A stretch of DNA of 35,889 nt from an uncultured euryarchaeote (GCA_963932585.1 CAWVSO010000001.1:1-35889); one strand, 5' to 3'; counted from the first letter of the stretch, positions 16,630 through 26,103 are shown. Program-made: numbers and translations. Notes: generated by a model not told the origin, from the letters alone.

Positions 16630-17511
16630 TCACTTCACTCTATGATGTGTATATCCTTTATTTTCCAACACTCTACCGTCCATTTTTATCCCTTCTTTTG
16701 TTACTTCACCTATCATATTAACCTCTATTCTCAACAGTTTTTTTATTTCTTCGTAATTCTTTTTTGGAATGGTAAATACCAATTCAAAATCTTCTCCATA
16801 GGTCATAGCAAGGTCCAAAGCATCATCAAAATCATCCATGACATCTAAAATACGGTTATCTATTGGGATTTCTTTAGATTTTATATCAAATCCACACCCA
16901 CTTGAATTTGATATTTCATATAGGGATCTAACAATCCCATCACTTGAATCCATCATAGAAGTGGCAAATTTGGCTATCAATAACCCTTCTTTGATTCTCG
17001 GTGTAAATCTGTACATTTCATTTCCTCTCTCTATATCTCCTTCCTCAAACATTTTACAAGCCACAGCACTTCTTCCTAGCGTTCCAGTAACACAAACAAC
17101 GTCTCCACACACGGCACCCCTCCGAAAAACTGGCTTCTTTGACTCCCCGACAGCTGTCGTAACAACACTAAAATATTTTGATTCGCTCAAATCTCCACCA
17201 ACATATTCCGATCCAACCTTGCTACACACATCTTTAGCACCTTTAATAAATTCTCCAATTTCATTCGCGTCAAATTTTGGAGCGGCATAAGCAGCAACAA
17301 CGGCTATGGCTCGTCCACCCATGGCAGCTATGTCAGAAAGAGATGCTCCCACAGATCTCCACCCGGCTGTATAATACGTTGTACCTTTTGGAAAATCAAA
17401 TACCTCGTGTAGCATATCAGTTGTAATGAGTAAACCTTCTATGTAGGCAGCGTCGTCTCCTCCTTTTTGAACTTTATTTAATATAAATTCTAATGCATCT
17501 TGTTCATCCAT
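16630..17511 (-). CDS. thiL: thiamine-monophosphate kinase (AIR synthase-related/PurM-like superfamily)
   Basis: GGDDAAYI, ITTDMLHEVFDFP, GWRSVGASLSDIAAMGG and YVGGDLSES motifs. Length 293 aa. Confidence 0.8.
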   Translation of the reverse strand: MDEQDALEFILNKVQKGGDDAAYIEGLLITTDMLHEVFDFPKGTTYYTAGWRSVGASLSDIAAMGGRAIAVVAAYAAPKFDANEIGEFIKGAKDVCSKVGSEYVGGDLSESKYFSVVTTAVGESKKPVFRRGAVCGDVVCVTGTLGRSAVACKMFEEGDIERGNEMYRFTPRIKEGLLIAKFATSMMDSSDGIVRSLYEISNSSGCGFDIKSKEIPIDNRILDVMDDFDDALDLAMTYGEDFELVFTIPKKNYEEIKKLLRIEVNMIGEVTKEGIKMDGRVLENKGYTHHRVK

Positions 17512-17668
17512 TATAGTTTATTCATCACCCCCATGCCATTAGAATCATCTAACCATTGCTTAACTCTCAACCAACACAGAACCTTTAACATTTTTTTCGT
17601 TTTGCTCCCTCACCCTGTGAGCAGTACTTCGATGGACTTAAAAACCGAGGAAGAAAACTTCTAAACCA

Positions 17669-18127
17669 ATGGTAACTCTCTACGACGTCCCCGCAGATGT
17701 ATTTCTAGGTGCATTATCGGAGTCACTTTCCAAGAAAATTAAATCACCTGAATGGTCAAAATTCGCCAAAACCGGTCCAGACAGGGAACTCCCACCTGAA
17801 CAAGCTGATTTCTGGTATGTTCGTGCAGCTAGTGTTCTACGAACTATCGCTATGGATGGCCCAGTCGGGGTAGAACGGCTAACAACTCTCTACGGTGGAC
17901 CAAAAGCTGGGTCTAACAGGTTCAAAGTCGCACCTGTACACCATGCAGATGGAAGCGGCAAGATAATTCGGACAATAGTGCAACAATTGGAAGAAGAAGG
18001 CCTCCTCGAACGCCCTCCTAATTCAATCGGCCGTGTCGTAAGTTCTCAGGGACAAAGTTTACTTGATAAAACCGCTGGAGAAGTCCTCAAAAAACTCGAT
18101 AGAGACGATTTAAACCGATATATCTAA
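17669..18127 (+). CDS. rps19e: 30S ribosomal protein eS19 (S19e)
   Basis: VTLYDVPADVF...PEWSKFAKTG...ELPPEQADFWYVRAASVLR...GG is the characteristic eS19 pattern. Length 152 aa. Confidence 0.92.
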   Translation: MVTLYDVPADVFLGALSESLSKKIKSPEWSKFAKTGPDRELPPEQADFWYVRAASVLRTIAMDGPVGVERLTTLYGGPKAGSNRFKVAPVHHADGSGKIIRTIVQQLEEEGLLERPPNSIGRVVSSQGQSLLDKTAGEVLKKLDRDDLNRYI

Positions 18128-18210
18128 TCCGTCTTTTATTTTACTGCCCCTCTTTCCGATTAAATCTGCCTCCGTAATTGTTTTGTTGAACGACATTAAA
18201 GTTAACTCAT

Positions 18211-18561
18211 ATGAGCGGAAATGACGGCGAACTAGATGCTATCCGGCAACAAAGAATAGCTGAACTTCAAGCACGCCAACAAACTGCGGTACAAGATGCA
18301 GCACAAGAACAAGCTTTCCAACAACAGGCCGATATGCAAAAGCAAGCTTTGATGCGGCAATTCTTAACCGATGGGGCGCGAAAAAGACTTTCAACTGTTC
18401 GTATGAGCAGGCCTGAATTCGCAGACCAAGTAGAGCAGCAGATAATTGCTCTAGCTCAAAGCGGGCGTCTGGGCGATAAAATAACTGAGAACCAAATGCG
18501 AGATTTATTACAAAAACTATCCCCTCAGTCGAAAAAAGGATTCGACATTAAACGAAGATAA
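18211..18561 (+). CDS. DNA-binding protein, PDCD5/TFAR19 homologue (MTH1615 family)
   Basis: Q/A-rich helical N-terminus followed by ILRQ-like [39 protein letters not shown]. The typical archaeal position is directly after rps19e. Length 116 aa. Confidence 0.8.
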   Translation: MSGNDGELDAIRQQRIAELQARQQTAVQDAAQEQAFQQQADMQKQALMRQFLTDGARKRLSTVRMSRPEFADQVEQQIIALAQSGRLGDKITENQMRDLLQKLSPQSKKGFDIKRR

Positions 18562-18641
18562 ATTTATTTATAGGTCAATTTCACACGAATGCTCGCAAAA
18601 AAACGGAAGAATTCAAGCGTTTCCATGAACTATCTCTAAAT

Positions 18642-19961
18642 ATGCAAGATCATCTCAAAGGCTTTCGAGAATTCTATCCTGAGGAGATGGTTAACCGAAA
18701 CTATGTTTTAAACTCACTAGAAAAAACGATTTCAAACTATGGTTTTCGCGAGATAGGAACGCCATCAATTGAATCTACTCAGCTATACATAGATAAAAGT
18801 GGACCTGAAATTGTGGACCATCTATACTCTTTCGCAGACAAAGGCGGTAGAGAAATCACGTTGACTCCTGAATTAACGCCAACAGTTGCCAGAATGGTGG
18901 CCATGCGTGGAAAATCCCTTCCAAAACCCATAAAATGGTTTTCAACAAGACCATTCTGGCGTTATGAACAGGTTCAACAAGGTCGTTTTAGAGAATTTTA
19001 TCAAACCAATGTCGATATATTCGGATCTCATAGTCCTCAATCTGATGCAGAAATTATAACCTGTGCTGCACATATGTTATCTAGTTTAGGCTTAAAAAAA
19101 GATGATTTTACTTTCCGTATCTCTCATAGAACTCTTCTTTCCGATATATTGAAGTCATTTTCTCCAAAAATAGATATAAATGCAGCCATTCGCGTCATAG
19201 ATAAGAAAGACAAAATCACGCTGGAAGTTTATGAACAATCACTAATCAATTCAAAATTCCCTCAAAAATCTTTTGACGAGCTAGAATCTATACTATCTCT
19301 AACAAATCTATCTGAAATATCTGAATCTATAAATAGAAATGATTCTCAAATCGCAATACAAAATCTAGATGATATTTTGGACATAGTATCTAGTACCTTC
19401 GCAGAAGAATACTGCTCAATATCTCTAAACACCGCACGTGGACTAGACTACTATACTGGATTTATTTTCGAATGTTTCGATTCTTCTGGAGAAATAAAAC
19501 GATCAATTTTTGGTGGAGGCCGGTACGATAATCTCATTCATGATTTAGGCGGGCCTCAAATTCCTGCTGTTGGATTCGCATTTGGGGACGCGACACTTGA
19601 AAAACTCCTTATTAGAACTGGTCTATGGCCACAACTTAAACTCTCAACCGATTATTATATACTTCAAATCGGAGATACCCAAAAAATAGTGAATGAACTT
19701 GCACACAAACTTAGGATTCGTAATAATATAGTTGAAACTGATATTTCAAAAAGAAATTTAACCTCTCAACTGAGCTACTCCAATTCTATCAATGCAAAAA
19801 CTGTTATAATTGTTGGAGAAAGGGATCTCCAAAAAAACGAAATCACTTTGAAAAAAATGTCCACTGGAGAAGAAGTAAAAGTGTCCTTAGATGACTTCCC
19901 TGGGGGCCACGATCATCCGTCGTATGAGGATTTTTACTCCGCATCTGATATCGATTCATGA
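18642..19961 (+). CDS. hisS: histidyl-tRNA synthetase
   Basis: Class II motifs: GFREFYPEE, motif 2 FRYEQVQQGRFREFYQ and HisRS-specific GGGRYD, with an anticodon-binding C-terminal domain. The stop overlaps the truA start (ATGA at 19958-19961). Confidence 0.9.
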   Translation: MQDHLKGFREFYPEEMVNRNYVLNSLEKTISNYGFREIGTPSIESTQLYIDKSGPEIVDHLYSFADKGGREITLTPELTPTVARMVAMRGKSLPKPIKWFSTRPFWRYEQVQQGRFREFYQTNVDIFGSHSPQSDAEIITCAAHMLSSLGLKKDDFTFRISHRTLLSDILKSFSPKIDINAAIRVIDKKDKITLEVYEQSLINSKFPQKSFDELESILSLTNLSEISESINRNDSQIAIQNLDDILDIVSSTFAEEYCSISLNTARGLDYYTGFIFECFDSSGEIKRSIFGGGRYDNLIHDLGGPQIPAVGFAFGDATLEKLLIRTGLWPQLKLSTDYYILQIGDTQKIVNELAHKLRIRNNIVETDISKRNLTSQLSYSNSINAKTVIIVGERDLQKNEITLKKMSTGEEVKVSLDDFPGGHDHPSYEDFYSASDIDS

Positions 19962-20752
19962 AACGTGCTTTCAAACTAGCTTACGATGGGAGAGATTTTC
20001 ATGGTTTTCAACGCCAACTAGATTTGCCAACTATTGAGAAATCTCTGTTTGAATCTCTAACCTCTTTGAACATTTGCGAAGGCATGCCAATTAATTATTC
20101 TGCAGCCGGCAGAACTGATTCTGGAGTTTCAGCTATATCTCAAACTGTTTCATTTGAGGCCCCAGATTGGTGTACTCCTTCTGCTATAAATTCTAAACTA
20201 CCTAGATCAATTAGGGCATGGTCTTCATCTAATGTCCCGGAAAATTTCAATTCGACACTCGATGCTTCTAGGCGTCAATATGTCTATTATTTACACTCTT
20301 CTAATCTTGATATAGGCCTAGCAAACAAAAGTGCAAAATTACTTTCTGGAATGCATGATTTCCATAATTTAACGCCCGATTCTCAAAGAACTACTCGAGA
20401 TATAGATATAAATATATCTCCTATAGGGGATTATTTTGTTATCTCAGTAGAGTCTAATGGTTTCCCTCGCGAATTAGTCCGCAGATTAGTGTCTGTAATT
20501 AAAGAAATATCTTCAACTAAATCTCCCATTGAAAAAATAAACCGTATTTTCTCAACAGAGACACTAACAGGTCCTGAAGGAATCCCTCCTGCTCCACCTT
20601 ACCCATTAATTCTAACACGTGTAGATTATCCTCATCTTTTCAAGAATGATTCCAAATCACTTGATAACGCCTACAAAATCTTCAAAAAATTATCTATAGA
20701 ACATAACACCATTTCTCACGTGTTTGAACACATGACTCTCAATTTAGTTTAA
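19958..20752 (+). CDS. truA: tRNA pseudouridine(38-40) synthase TruA
   Basis: KLAYDGRDFHGFQRQ start and catalytic-Asp motif AGRTDSGVSA. Length 264 aa. Confidence 0.88.
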   Translation: MKRAFKLAYDGRDFHGFQRQLDLPTIEKSLFESLTSLNICEGMPINYSAAGRTDSGVSAISQTVSFEAPDWCTPSAINSKLPRSIRAWSSSNVPENFNSTLDASRRQYVYYLHSSNLDIGLANKSAKLLSGMHDFHNLTPDSQRTTRDIDINISPIGDYFVISVESNGFPRELVRRLVSVIKEISSTKSPIEKINRIFSTETLTGPEGIPPAPPYPLILTRVDYPHLFKNDSKSLDNAYKIFKKLSIEHNTISHVFEHMTLNLV

Positions 20753-21250
20753 TTTTTTCACCATTTTCACAGCAATCAACATTATCGCTATTGAAATCCC
20801 TATGGGTATGATCCCATATTCATTAGGCAACATGTCAATCCATTTTCCTATCATTTCCATTGGCCAATTAAATGCATGATATTTTGGGTCGGATATTAAT
20901 AATCCCAAAAATAAAGCTCCTATGAATACATAACCAGTACAAGCCATATAAAAATCCACCCGACGATTATTCAACCCTTTTATACGACGTTCTGACACAA
21001 CAAATAATGGGACAAATAATGGGATAATAACTAGTAATAAGACAGCTGTAATTAGGTATTGTTCTCTAAATAGATTCGAGTCTGACACAACTGGATTGGC
21101 TATCCACGTAATGTTTGCAAGAACAAGCAATAGTAAACTAAAAAAACCCACAAAAAAACTAACAAAAACATATGATTTCAGCATCAAAGATCGGCTTTCT
21201 TTACCCATGCGAATATATTTTACAATAACTCCTGGTCTCTTTTTCACCAT
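20744..21250 (-). CDS. hypothetical polytopic membrane protein (about 4 TM helices)
   Basis: Four long hydrophobic segments with a basic N-terminus. No recognisable motif. The 3' end overlaps the truA 3' end by 9 nt. Confidence 0.5.
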   Translation of the reverse strand: MVKKRPGVIVKYIRMGKESRSLMLKSYVFVSFFVGFFSLLLLVLANITWIANPVVSDSNLFREQYLITAVLLLVIIPLFVPLFVVSERRIKGLNNRRVDFYMACTGYVFIGALFLGLLISDPKYHAFNWPMEMIGKWIDMLPNEYGIIPIGISIAIMLIAVKMVKKLN

Positions 21251-21354
21251 GCTGAATTACTTCTTATAGTTTCCTTTTTCAAGACAGTTTCCTCCTCATA
21301 ACTAACTTGCTGTAGAATCAAAGAAGATTTCGTTATCAAAGTCACAGAACTAGT

Positions 21355-22650
21355 ATGCGTATTGATATTGGTAACAGTATGGATTCAGTTTCATCCCCTG
21401 GGCTTACTCCTGACATGCTAGATTCTTTAGACAGTAAGGTTCGTCATATACATCGCCTAATCGCACCTAAGATAAATAACCGCGATTTTGGCTACACAGC
21501 TCTAAACCCATTAAACCCCGATGAGCTAAAAAACTTCCAAGATTTCATAGATCAATTCTCTAATTTTTCAAACGTACTTACTATAGGAATAGGGGGGAGT
21601 GCGTTAGGTTCTGCAACCCTTTCTAGAACACTTGGAATATCTGGGCATATAGTCCTCGACAACATAGATCCATCTCATATATCAACCACTTTATCCGCGA
21701 TAGATTTCAAAGATACACTTGTAAATATAGTTTCTCTTTCTGGGGGTACTCTAGAAACAATCTCAAATTTCTTTCTCGTCAGAGATTTCATGAAGAAACA
21801 AAATATAGATTGGGAATCCCATACCTTGGTAACCACATCTAGTAGTGGTCCATTATATGAACTATCTAAAAAACATAACCTTCCATTATTACCATTTCCA
21901 GAAAATATACCTGGACGTTTTTCAGTACTTTCTCCAGTAGGATTGGCACCTTTTGCTATTCTAGGTGGCTCTATAGAAGAACTCATTAAAGGAGTTAGAA
22001 GTGGATTCAATTCATTATCTGGGTCTATATATGATTCTCCAGCATATGCTTTTGGAGCAGTCACAACTGAATTATCAAACATGGGTATATCTGCCAATTC
22101 TGTCATGCCTTATTCAGAAAATTTAGAAACATTCACAGAATGGTTTGCCCAACTATGGTCTGAAAGCCTAGGAAAAAATTCACTTGGGCAAATACCAACT
22201 CGTGCAATGGGGGCTACAGACCAACATTCTCAACTGCAACTTTATCGTGCCGGAAAACGAAACCTAATGGTGACATTTATAGATATACTCGACCACCAAA
22301 CAAGTTTATCAATTCCGTCCATAGAATCAGACGATTTCAATTACCTATCAAATATTCGAATCGATTCGCTATTAAAAAAAGAGCTACAAACAACAGAAGC
22401 TAGCCTAGCAGATGTGGGGTGTCCATCTGTTAGAGTCGAATTAGAACAAATTAGTCCGTTTTGCATCGGAGAACTTTTACATGGTTGCATGGCCTCTTGT
22501 ATACTTTCTGCAGAATTACAAGAAATAAATGGATTCGACCAACCTGCAGTGGAATGGGGAAAACGAGCTCTAAAAGGAATGTTGACAGGGGATCAAGGAA
22601 TTGAATCACAAGCTACTCAAAGCAAAAACCAATATTGGATTGGTGGCTAG
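21355..22650 (+). CDS. pgi: glucose-6-phosphate isomerase (short PGI type)
   Basis: SIS-domain motifs IGIGGSALG, VSLSGGTLET, GRFSVLSPVGL and the sugar-isomerase C-terminal part GATDQHSQLQLYRAG. Length 431 aa. Confidence 0.85.
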   Translation: MRIDIGNSMDSVSSPGLTPDMLDSLDSKVRHIHRLIAPKINNRDFGYTALNPLNPDELKNFQDFIDQFSNFSNVLTIGIGGSALGSATLSRTLGISGHIVLDNIDPSHISTTLSAIDFKDTLVNIVSLSGGTLETISNFFLVRDFMKKQNIDWESHTLVTTSSSGPLYELSKKHNLPLLPFPENIPGRFSVLSPVGLAPFAILGGSIEELIKGVRSGFNSLSGSIYDSPAYAFGAVTTELSNMGISANSVMPYSENLETFTEWFAQLWSESLGKNSLGQIPTRAMGATDQHSQLQLYRAGKRNLMVTFIDILDHQTSLSIPSIESDDFNYLSNIRIDSLLKKELQTTEASLADVGCPSVRVELEQISPFCIGELLHGCMASCILSAELQEINGFDQPAVEWGKRALKGMLTGDQGIESQATQSKNQYWIGG

Positions 22651-22653
22651 AAT

Positions 22654-23427
22654 ATGGGGCCCTTTTCAATTTCTTTCCGCTCAAATAATTCAAAACTAAA
22701 GGATATCCGGTTGGCAATTTTTCTTGGCTTGTCCGGGTTGGTGTTCATATATCTTTTTAGTCTCATCTTATTTTTAATTTTAGCAGCACTAACAGGTGAA
22801 ATTATTCACACGAATACTAGTGTTATGCTTTTGGGATCTCTTGGATTGGGATTGGGCCTATTCACCCTCTCATTTTTATATCTGTACCTCACCAAAACTC
22901 CATTAACTTTCATAGACTTGCATTTTCCAACCAAAAGTGATATATTTTACGTCTTCTCCGGATTAGGCGTTCTTTTCTTGGCCATTTTTTCAGCTGCAAT
23001 TATTTTTTCTTATATTGGGGCAGAAACTGCAACTCACTCTATAGAATCCGTGGCAACATCCAATCCAAAAACATTACTCTATTTCATTCCAATTTCATTA
23101 TTATTAATAGGGCCATCTGAGGAATTGCTGTATAGGAATATTATCCAAAAATTATTGTATAATTCCTTTTCCCCTAAAATTTCCATTATCATCTCTAGTA
23201 TCATTTTTTCAGCAGTACATGTATTCGCATATTCTGGTGGAAATCTCTCTCAAAATCTCATCTCGACTATAAATTCACTCTTGGTAATTTTTATCCTCTC
23301 ATTAATTATCGGAACAGTATACTACAAAACTAAAAACATATTTTCCGCAGCACTTCTACATGGACTCTACGATTCAATTATTTTCTTAGTTCTCTTTTAC
23401 CAATATTCTTTTGTTGGTCTCACATAA
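22654..23427 (+). CDS. CPBP family intramembrane glutamic endopeptidase (CAAX protease-like)
   Basis: Motif 1 SEELLYRNIIQ (EExxxR), motif 2 FSAVHV and motif 3 LLHGLYD in a polytopic membrane protein. It lies 3 nt downstream of pgi. Confidence 0.85.
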   Translation: MGPFSISFRSNNSKLKDIRLAIFLGLSGLVFIYLFSLILFLILAALTGEIIHTNTSVMLLGSLGLGLGLFTLSFLYLYLTKTPLTFIDLHFPTKSDIFYVFSGLGVLFLAIFSAAIIFSYIGAETATHSIESVATSNPKTLLYFIPISLLLIGPSEELLYRNIIQKLLYNSFSPKISIIISSIIFSAVHVFAYSGGNLSQNLISTINSLLVIFILSLIIGTVYYKTKNIFSAALLHGLYDSIIFLVLFYQYSFVGLT

Positions 23428-23443
23428 AATAAAATCAAACGTT

Positions 23444-23905
23444 TCATCTAGAAGAATTTTTTCTTCTAAATTCCCCTCCACAAACTGGACAGTTATCTAT
23501 ATTTTTTTTATTCTCTCTCCCGCAACTTTGGCATTTAAATATCCAGATTCTTTTTTCTTTAATTATATTTTTATCTATCCCCTCAATTTCTATTCCAATT
23601 TCTATGGCAACATTCTGCATGGCGTAATCATCTGTTACTAGAATCCCTCCAATTTCAAATGCAGTTGCAATCAACCCGATATCAGTTGTAGAAAGAACAT
23701 TTCTATCTCCTGTATCTTCTGAAATCTGAATAATTTTTTTAATTGTTTCTTTCTTTGGAGATTCTAATTTCATCCCTGCGCCCTTCATAGATTCAAATCG
23801 AAATATACTCTCTCCATTTAATTCTTCAAAAACTTCAGCAATTGTCACAACAGGTCCTTTTGTTTCATATCCCAAGATGAACGCAGAAGAATCTAAAACA
23901 TACAT
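23444..23905 (-). CDS. nob1: Nob1-type endonuclease (PIN domain plus C-terminal zinc ribbon)
   Basis: PIN acidic residues in MYVLDSSAFI, STTDIGLIATA and VTDDYAMQNVA. The C-terminal CQSCGRE...CPVCGGE ribbon and the 153-aa size match archaeal Nob1 rather than VapC toxins. Confidence 0.8.
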   Translation of the reverse strand: MYVLDSSAFILGYETKGPVVTIAEVFEELNGESIFRFESMKGAGMKLESPKKETIKKIIQISEDTGDRNVLSTTDIGLIATAFEIGGILVTDDYAMQNVAIEIGIEIEGIDKNIIKEKRIWIFKCQSCGRENKKNIDNCPVCGGEFRRKNSSR

Positions 23906-23932
23906 GTGGGTTTTATTTCATCTCATGCCCGG

Positions 23933-24187
23933 TTATTGACTGTCTTCTTTTACCATTATGTGTTCTGTAATCGAACCAATTTGATCAACTGGAATATAAT
24001 AGTTCCCTTCCGCATCAACCTCATATGCATCTTCTTCTGTAGCCTTACCATCTGAAGGGGTAACAATAAAGAATCCAAGTTTACCTGTGTTCAAATCAGC
24101 TGTCAGATTGTTCAAGGTTCCCAACTCTATCCCATCATTGGTAATAACGCGTTTTTTCTGAAGATTCGAAGTTAATACATTTGTCAT
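23933..24187 (-). CDS. PRC-barrel domain protein
   Basis: The 84-aa protein has the PRC-barrel pattern VITNDGIELGTLNNLTADLNTGKLGFFIVTP...IPVDQI. Confidence 0.75.
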   Translation of the reverse strand: MTNVLTSNLQKKRVITNDGIELGTLNNLTADLNTGKLGFFIVTPSDGKATEEDAYEVDAEGNYYIPVDQIGSITEHIMVKEDSQ

Positions 24188-24251
24188 GTTATACTCATAT
24201 TATTTCAACAAGCATAAACTCACGGAGAAACACCAAATTATACATACAACT

Positions 24252-24280
24252 TTAATTTTGGCATGGCTGGTCAAAATTAA
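24252..24280. promoter_or_regulatory. perfect 9-bp inverted repeat TTAATTTTG / CAAAATTAA with 11-nt spacer in the divergent PRC-barrel/aIF5B spacer
   Basis: Read directly: 24252-24260 and 24272-24280. It ends 22 nt before the infB ATG, and GAGGT (24290-24294) lies between it and the ATG. Both arms are TATA-box-like, so this may be a bidirectional promoter element, an operator or a 5' leader hairpin. Confidence 0.35.
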
Positions 24281-24301
24281 CCATACTATGAGGTAACATG
24301 A

Positions 24302-26101
24302 ATGTCACAAAATCAACCCAAAAAAACACAGTCATTAAGAACTCCTATAGTATCTGTTCTTGGGCATGTTGACCATGGAAAAACCACTCTTTTAGACAGC
24401 ATTCGTGGATCTTCAATAACTTCAACAGAGGCCGGCTCGATAACTCAGCACATCGGTGTAACAACAGTTTCAATCGATTTAATCTCTCAAATGGCTGGAC
24501 CTCTAGTAAATTCTGAAGATCTTGAAATACCTGGGTTACTCTTCATAGATACGCCTGGGCATCAACTCTTCACAACCCTCCGCTCTCGTGGGGGCTCTCT
24601 CGCAGACATAGCGATTTTAGTAGTTGATATCAATGATGGTTTCCAGCCTCAAACAAAAGAAGCGTTGACCATTCTACGTGAAAGCAAGACCCCTTTCATA
24701 GTATGCGCTAACAAAATCGACAAAATACCTGGGTGGAACTCTCAGAACAATTCGTCTATTGCAACTAGCTACAATTTACAACCTGAACGTATTCGAAAAT
24801 CCCTTGATCAAAAGTTCTACCAACTAATCGGTGAACTTTCAACTTTCGGATTCTCAGCAGATTATTATTGGAAAGTATCCAATTTCAGTAAAACTATCGG
24901 AATAATTCCTACAAGCGCACACACCAAAGAGGGCATACCTGATCTACTAGCAGTATTAATGGGTTTAACTCAAAAATATATGCGCGATTCAATATCTGTC
25001 GATTTAGATGGACCTGGGAAAGGAATAGTACTCGAAGTCAAAGAAGAAAAAGGTCTGGGAAAAACTTTTGACGCAATTTTATATGATGGTAGTATTTCAG
25101 AAGAAAGCACAATAGTAGTTGGCGGTTCAGATGGCCCAATATCTACTAATATTCGTGCTCTGTTTAGTTTACTTCCAATATCTGATTCAAATCCAAATAG
25201 TACTTTTACAAGATCCTCAAAAGCAACAGCAGCAGCCGGAATAAAAGTCTCAGCATCTGGACTCTCAAACGTTATAGTTGGATCTCCACTTCGTGAAGTA
25301 AAAGGTGCTTCTCTCGAATCTATAGTCTTTGAAATAGAGTCTGAATTAGAAAAAATCAAAATCGACACTCAGGATTCTGGAGTTATCGTATGTGCAGATA
25401 CTCTTGGCAGTTTGGAAGCATTGTCAAAAGCACTCTCAGAAATAGATGCCCCTATATTAAGTGCAACTGTTGGTGATATAGCCCCTCGAAATGTATCTCT
25501 GGCTAGCACTTCAAGCGAAAAACAACACAGAATAATTCTTGGATTCAATGTAAACACCATTGAAGACGCAGAAAGACAAGCAAGAGAAAAAGGTGTAACT
25601 ATTCTCTTAAATGATGTCATCTACCGTCTTCTAGAAGATTATGAATCTTTAACCGAGGACCTTCAAACATATCGTAGAACCAGTATCTTCGAAAAACTAA
25701 CCCGTCCGGCTAAATTTATTATTATGGAAAATCATATTTTTCGCCAGTCAAACCCTGCCGTAGTCGGAGTAGAGGTATTACTAGGGACTCTGCAAAAAAA
25801 TTCACCAGTTTCTATTCAAACAAAAGACGACTTTCAAAGAATTGGATTTATAAAAGAAATAAAACACCAAGGAGAATCTGTCGATAAAGCCCATTCAGGT
25901 GATCAAGTAAGCATCTCTATCGAAGGCCCTACAATAGGCAGACAAATAGATGAAAAATCTGAAATTTGGGTGGATGTTCACGAAAAACATGCCAAAGCCT
26001 TAGAAGGTAATTTTTCCCCCGATCTCCGAGAAGACGAGCGCGAAGTACTTTCTCTTTTCCTAAAACAAAAACGAATAAATGATCCTTTTTGGGGTAAATA
26101 A
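24302..26101 (+). CDS. infB: translation initiation factor aIF5B (IF2/eIF5B family GTPase)
   Basis: G1 GHVDHGKTTLLD, G3 DTPGH and G4 NKID. The 599-aa four-domain length is typical of aIF5B, and no intein is present. Confidence 0.93.
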   Translation: MSQNQPKKTQSLRTPIVSVLGHVDHGKTTLLDSIRGSSITSTEAGSITQHIGVTTVSIDLISQMAGPLVNSEDLEIPGLLFIDTPGHQLFTTLRSRGGSLADIAILVVDINDGFQPQTKEALTILRESKTPFIVCANKIDKIPGWNSQNNSSIATSYNLQPERIRKSLDQKFYQLIGELSTFGFSADYYWKVSNFSKTIGIIPTSAHTKEGIPDLLAVLMGLTQKYMRDSISVDLDGPGKGIVLEVKEEKGLGKTFDAILYDGSISEESTIVVGGSDGPISTNIRALFSLLPISDSNPNSTFTRSSKATAAAGIKVSASGLSNVIVGSPLREVKGASLESIVFEIESELEKIKIDTQDSGVIVCADTLGSLEALSKALSEIDAPILSATVGDIAPRNVSLASTSSEKQHRIILGFNVNTIEDAERQAREKGVTILLNDVIYRLLEDYESLTEDLQTYRRTSIFEKLTRPAKFIIMENHIFRQSNPAVVGVEVLLGTLQKNSPVSIQTKDDFQRIGFIKEIKHQGESVDKAHSGDQVSISIEGPTIGRQIDEKSEIWVDVHEKHAKALEGNFSPDLREDEREVLSLFLKQKRINDPFWGK

Positions 26102-26103
26102 AT

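Noticed and set aside
16838-17290. 150-aa plus-strand ORF antisense to thiL
   Set aside because: The translation is S/P/T/L-rich and featureless, and it lies entirely within a gene with clear family motifs. The same reasoning applies to 21675-22106 (antisense to pgi), 24970-25620 (antisense to infB), 31898-32806 (antisense to pus10), 34038-34661 (antisense to the MFS gene), 13256-13576 (antisense to pyrH) and the other short antisense ORFs in the track.
23444-23905. PIN-domain gene as a VapC toxin of a toxin-antitoxin pair
   Set aside because: It has the C-terminal CxxC...CxxC ribbon and the size of archaeal Nob1. The upstream small gene is a PRC-barrel protein, not a VapB/AbrB/RHH antitoxin.
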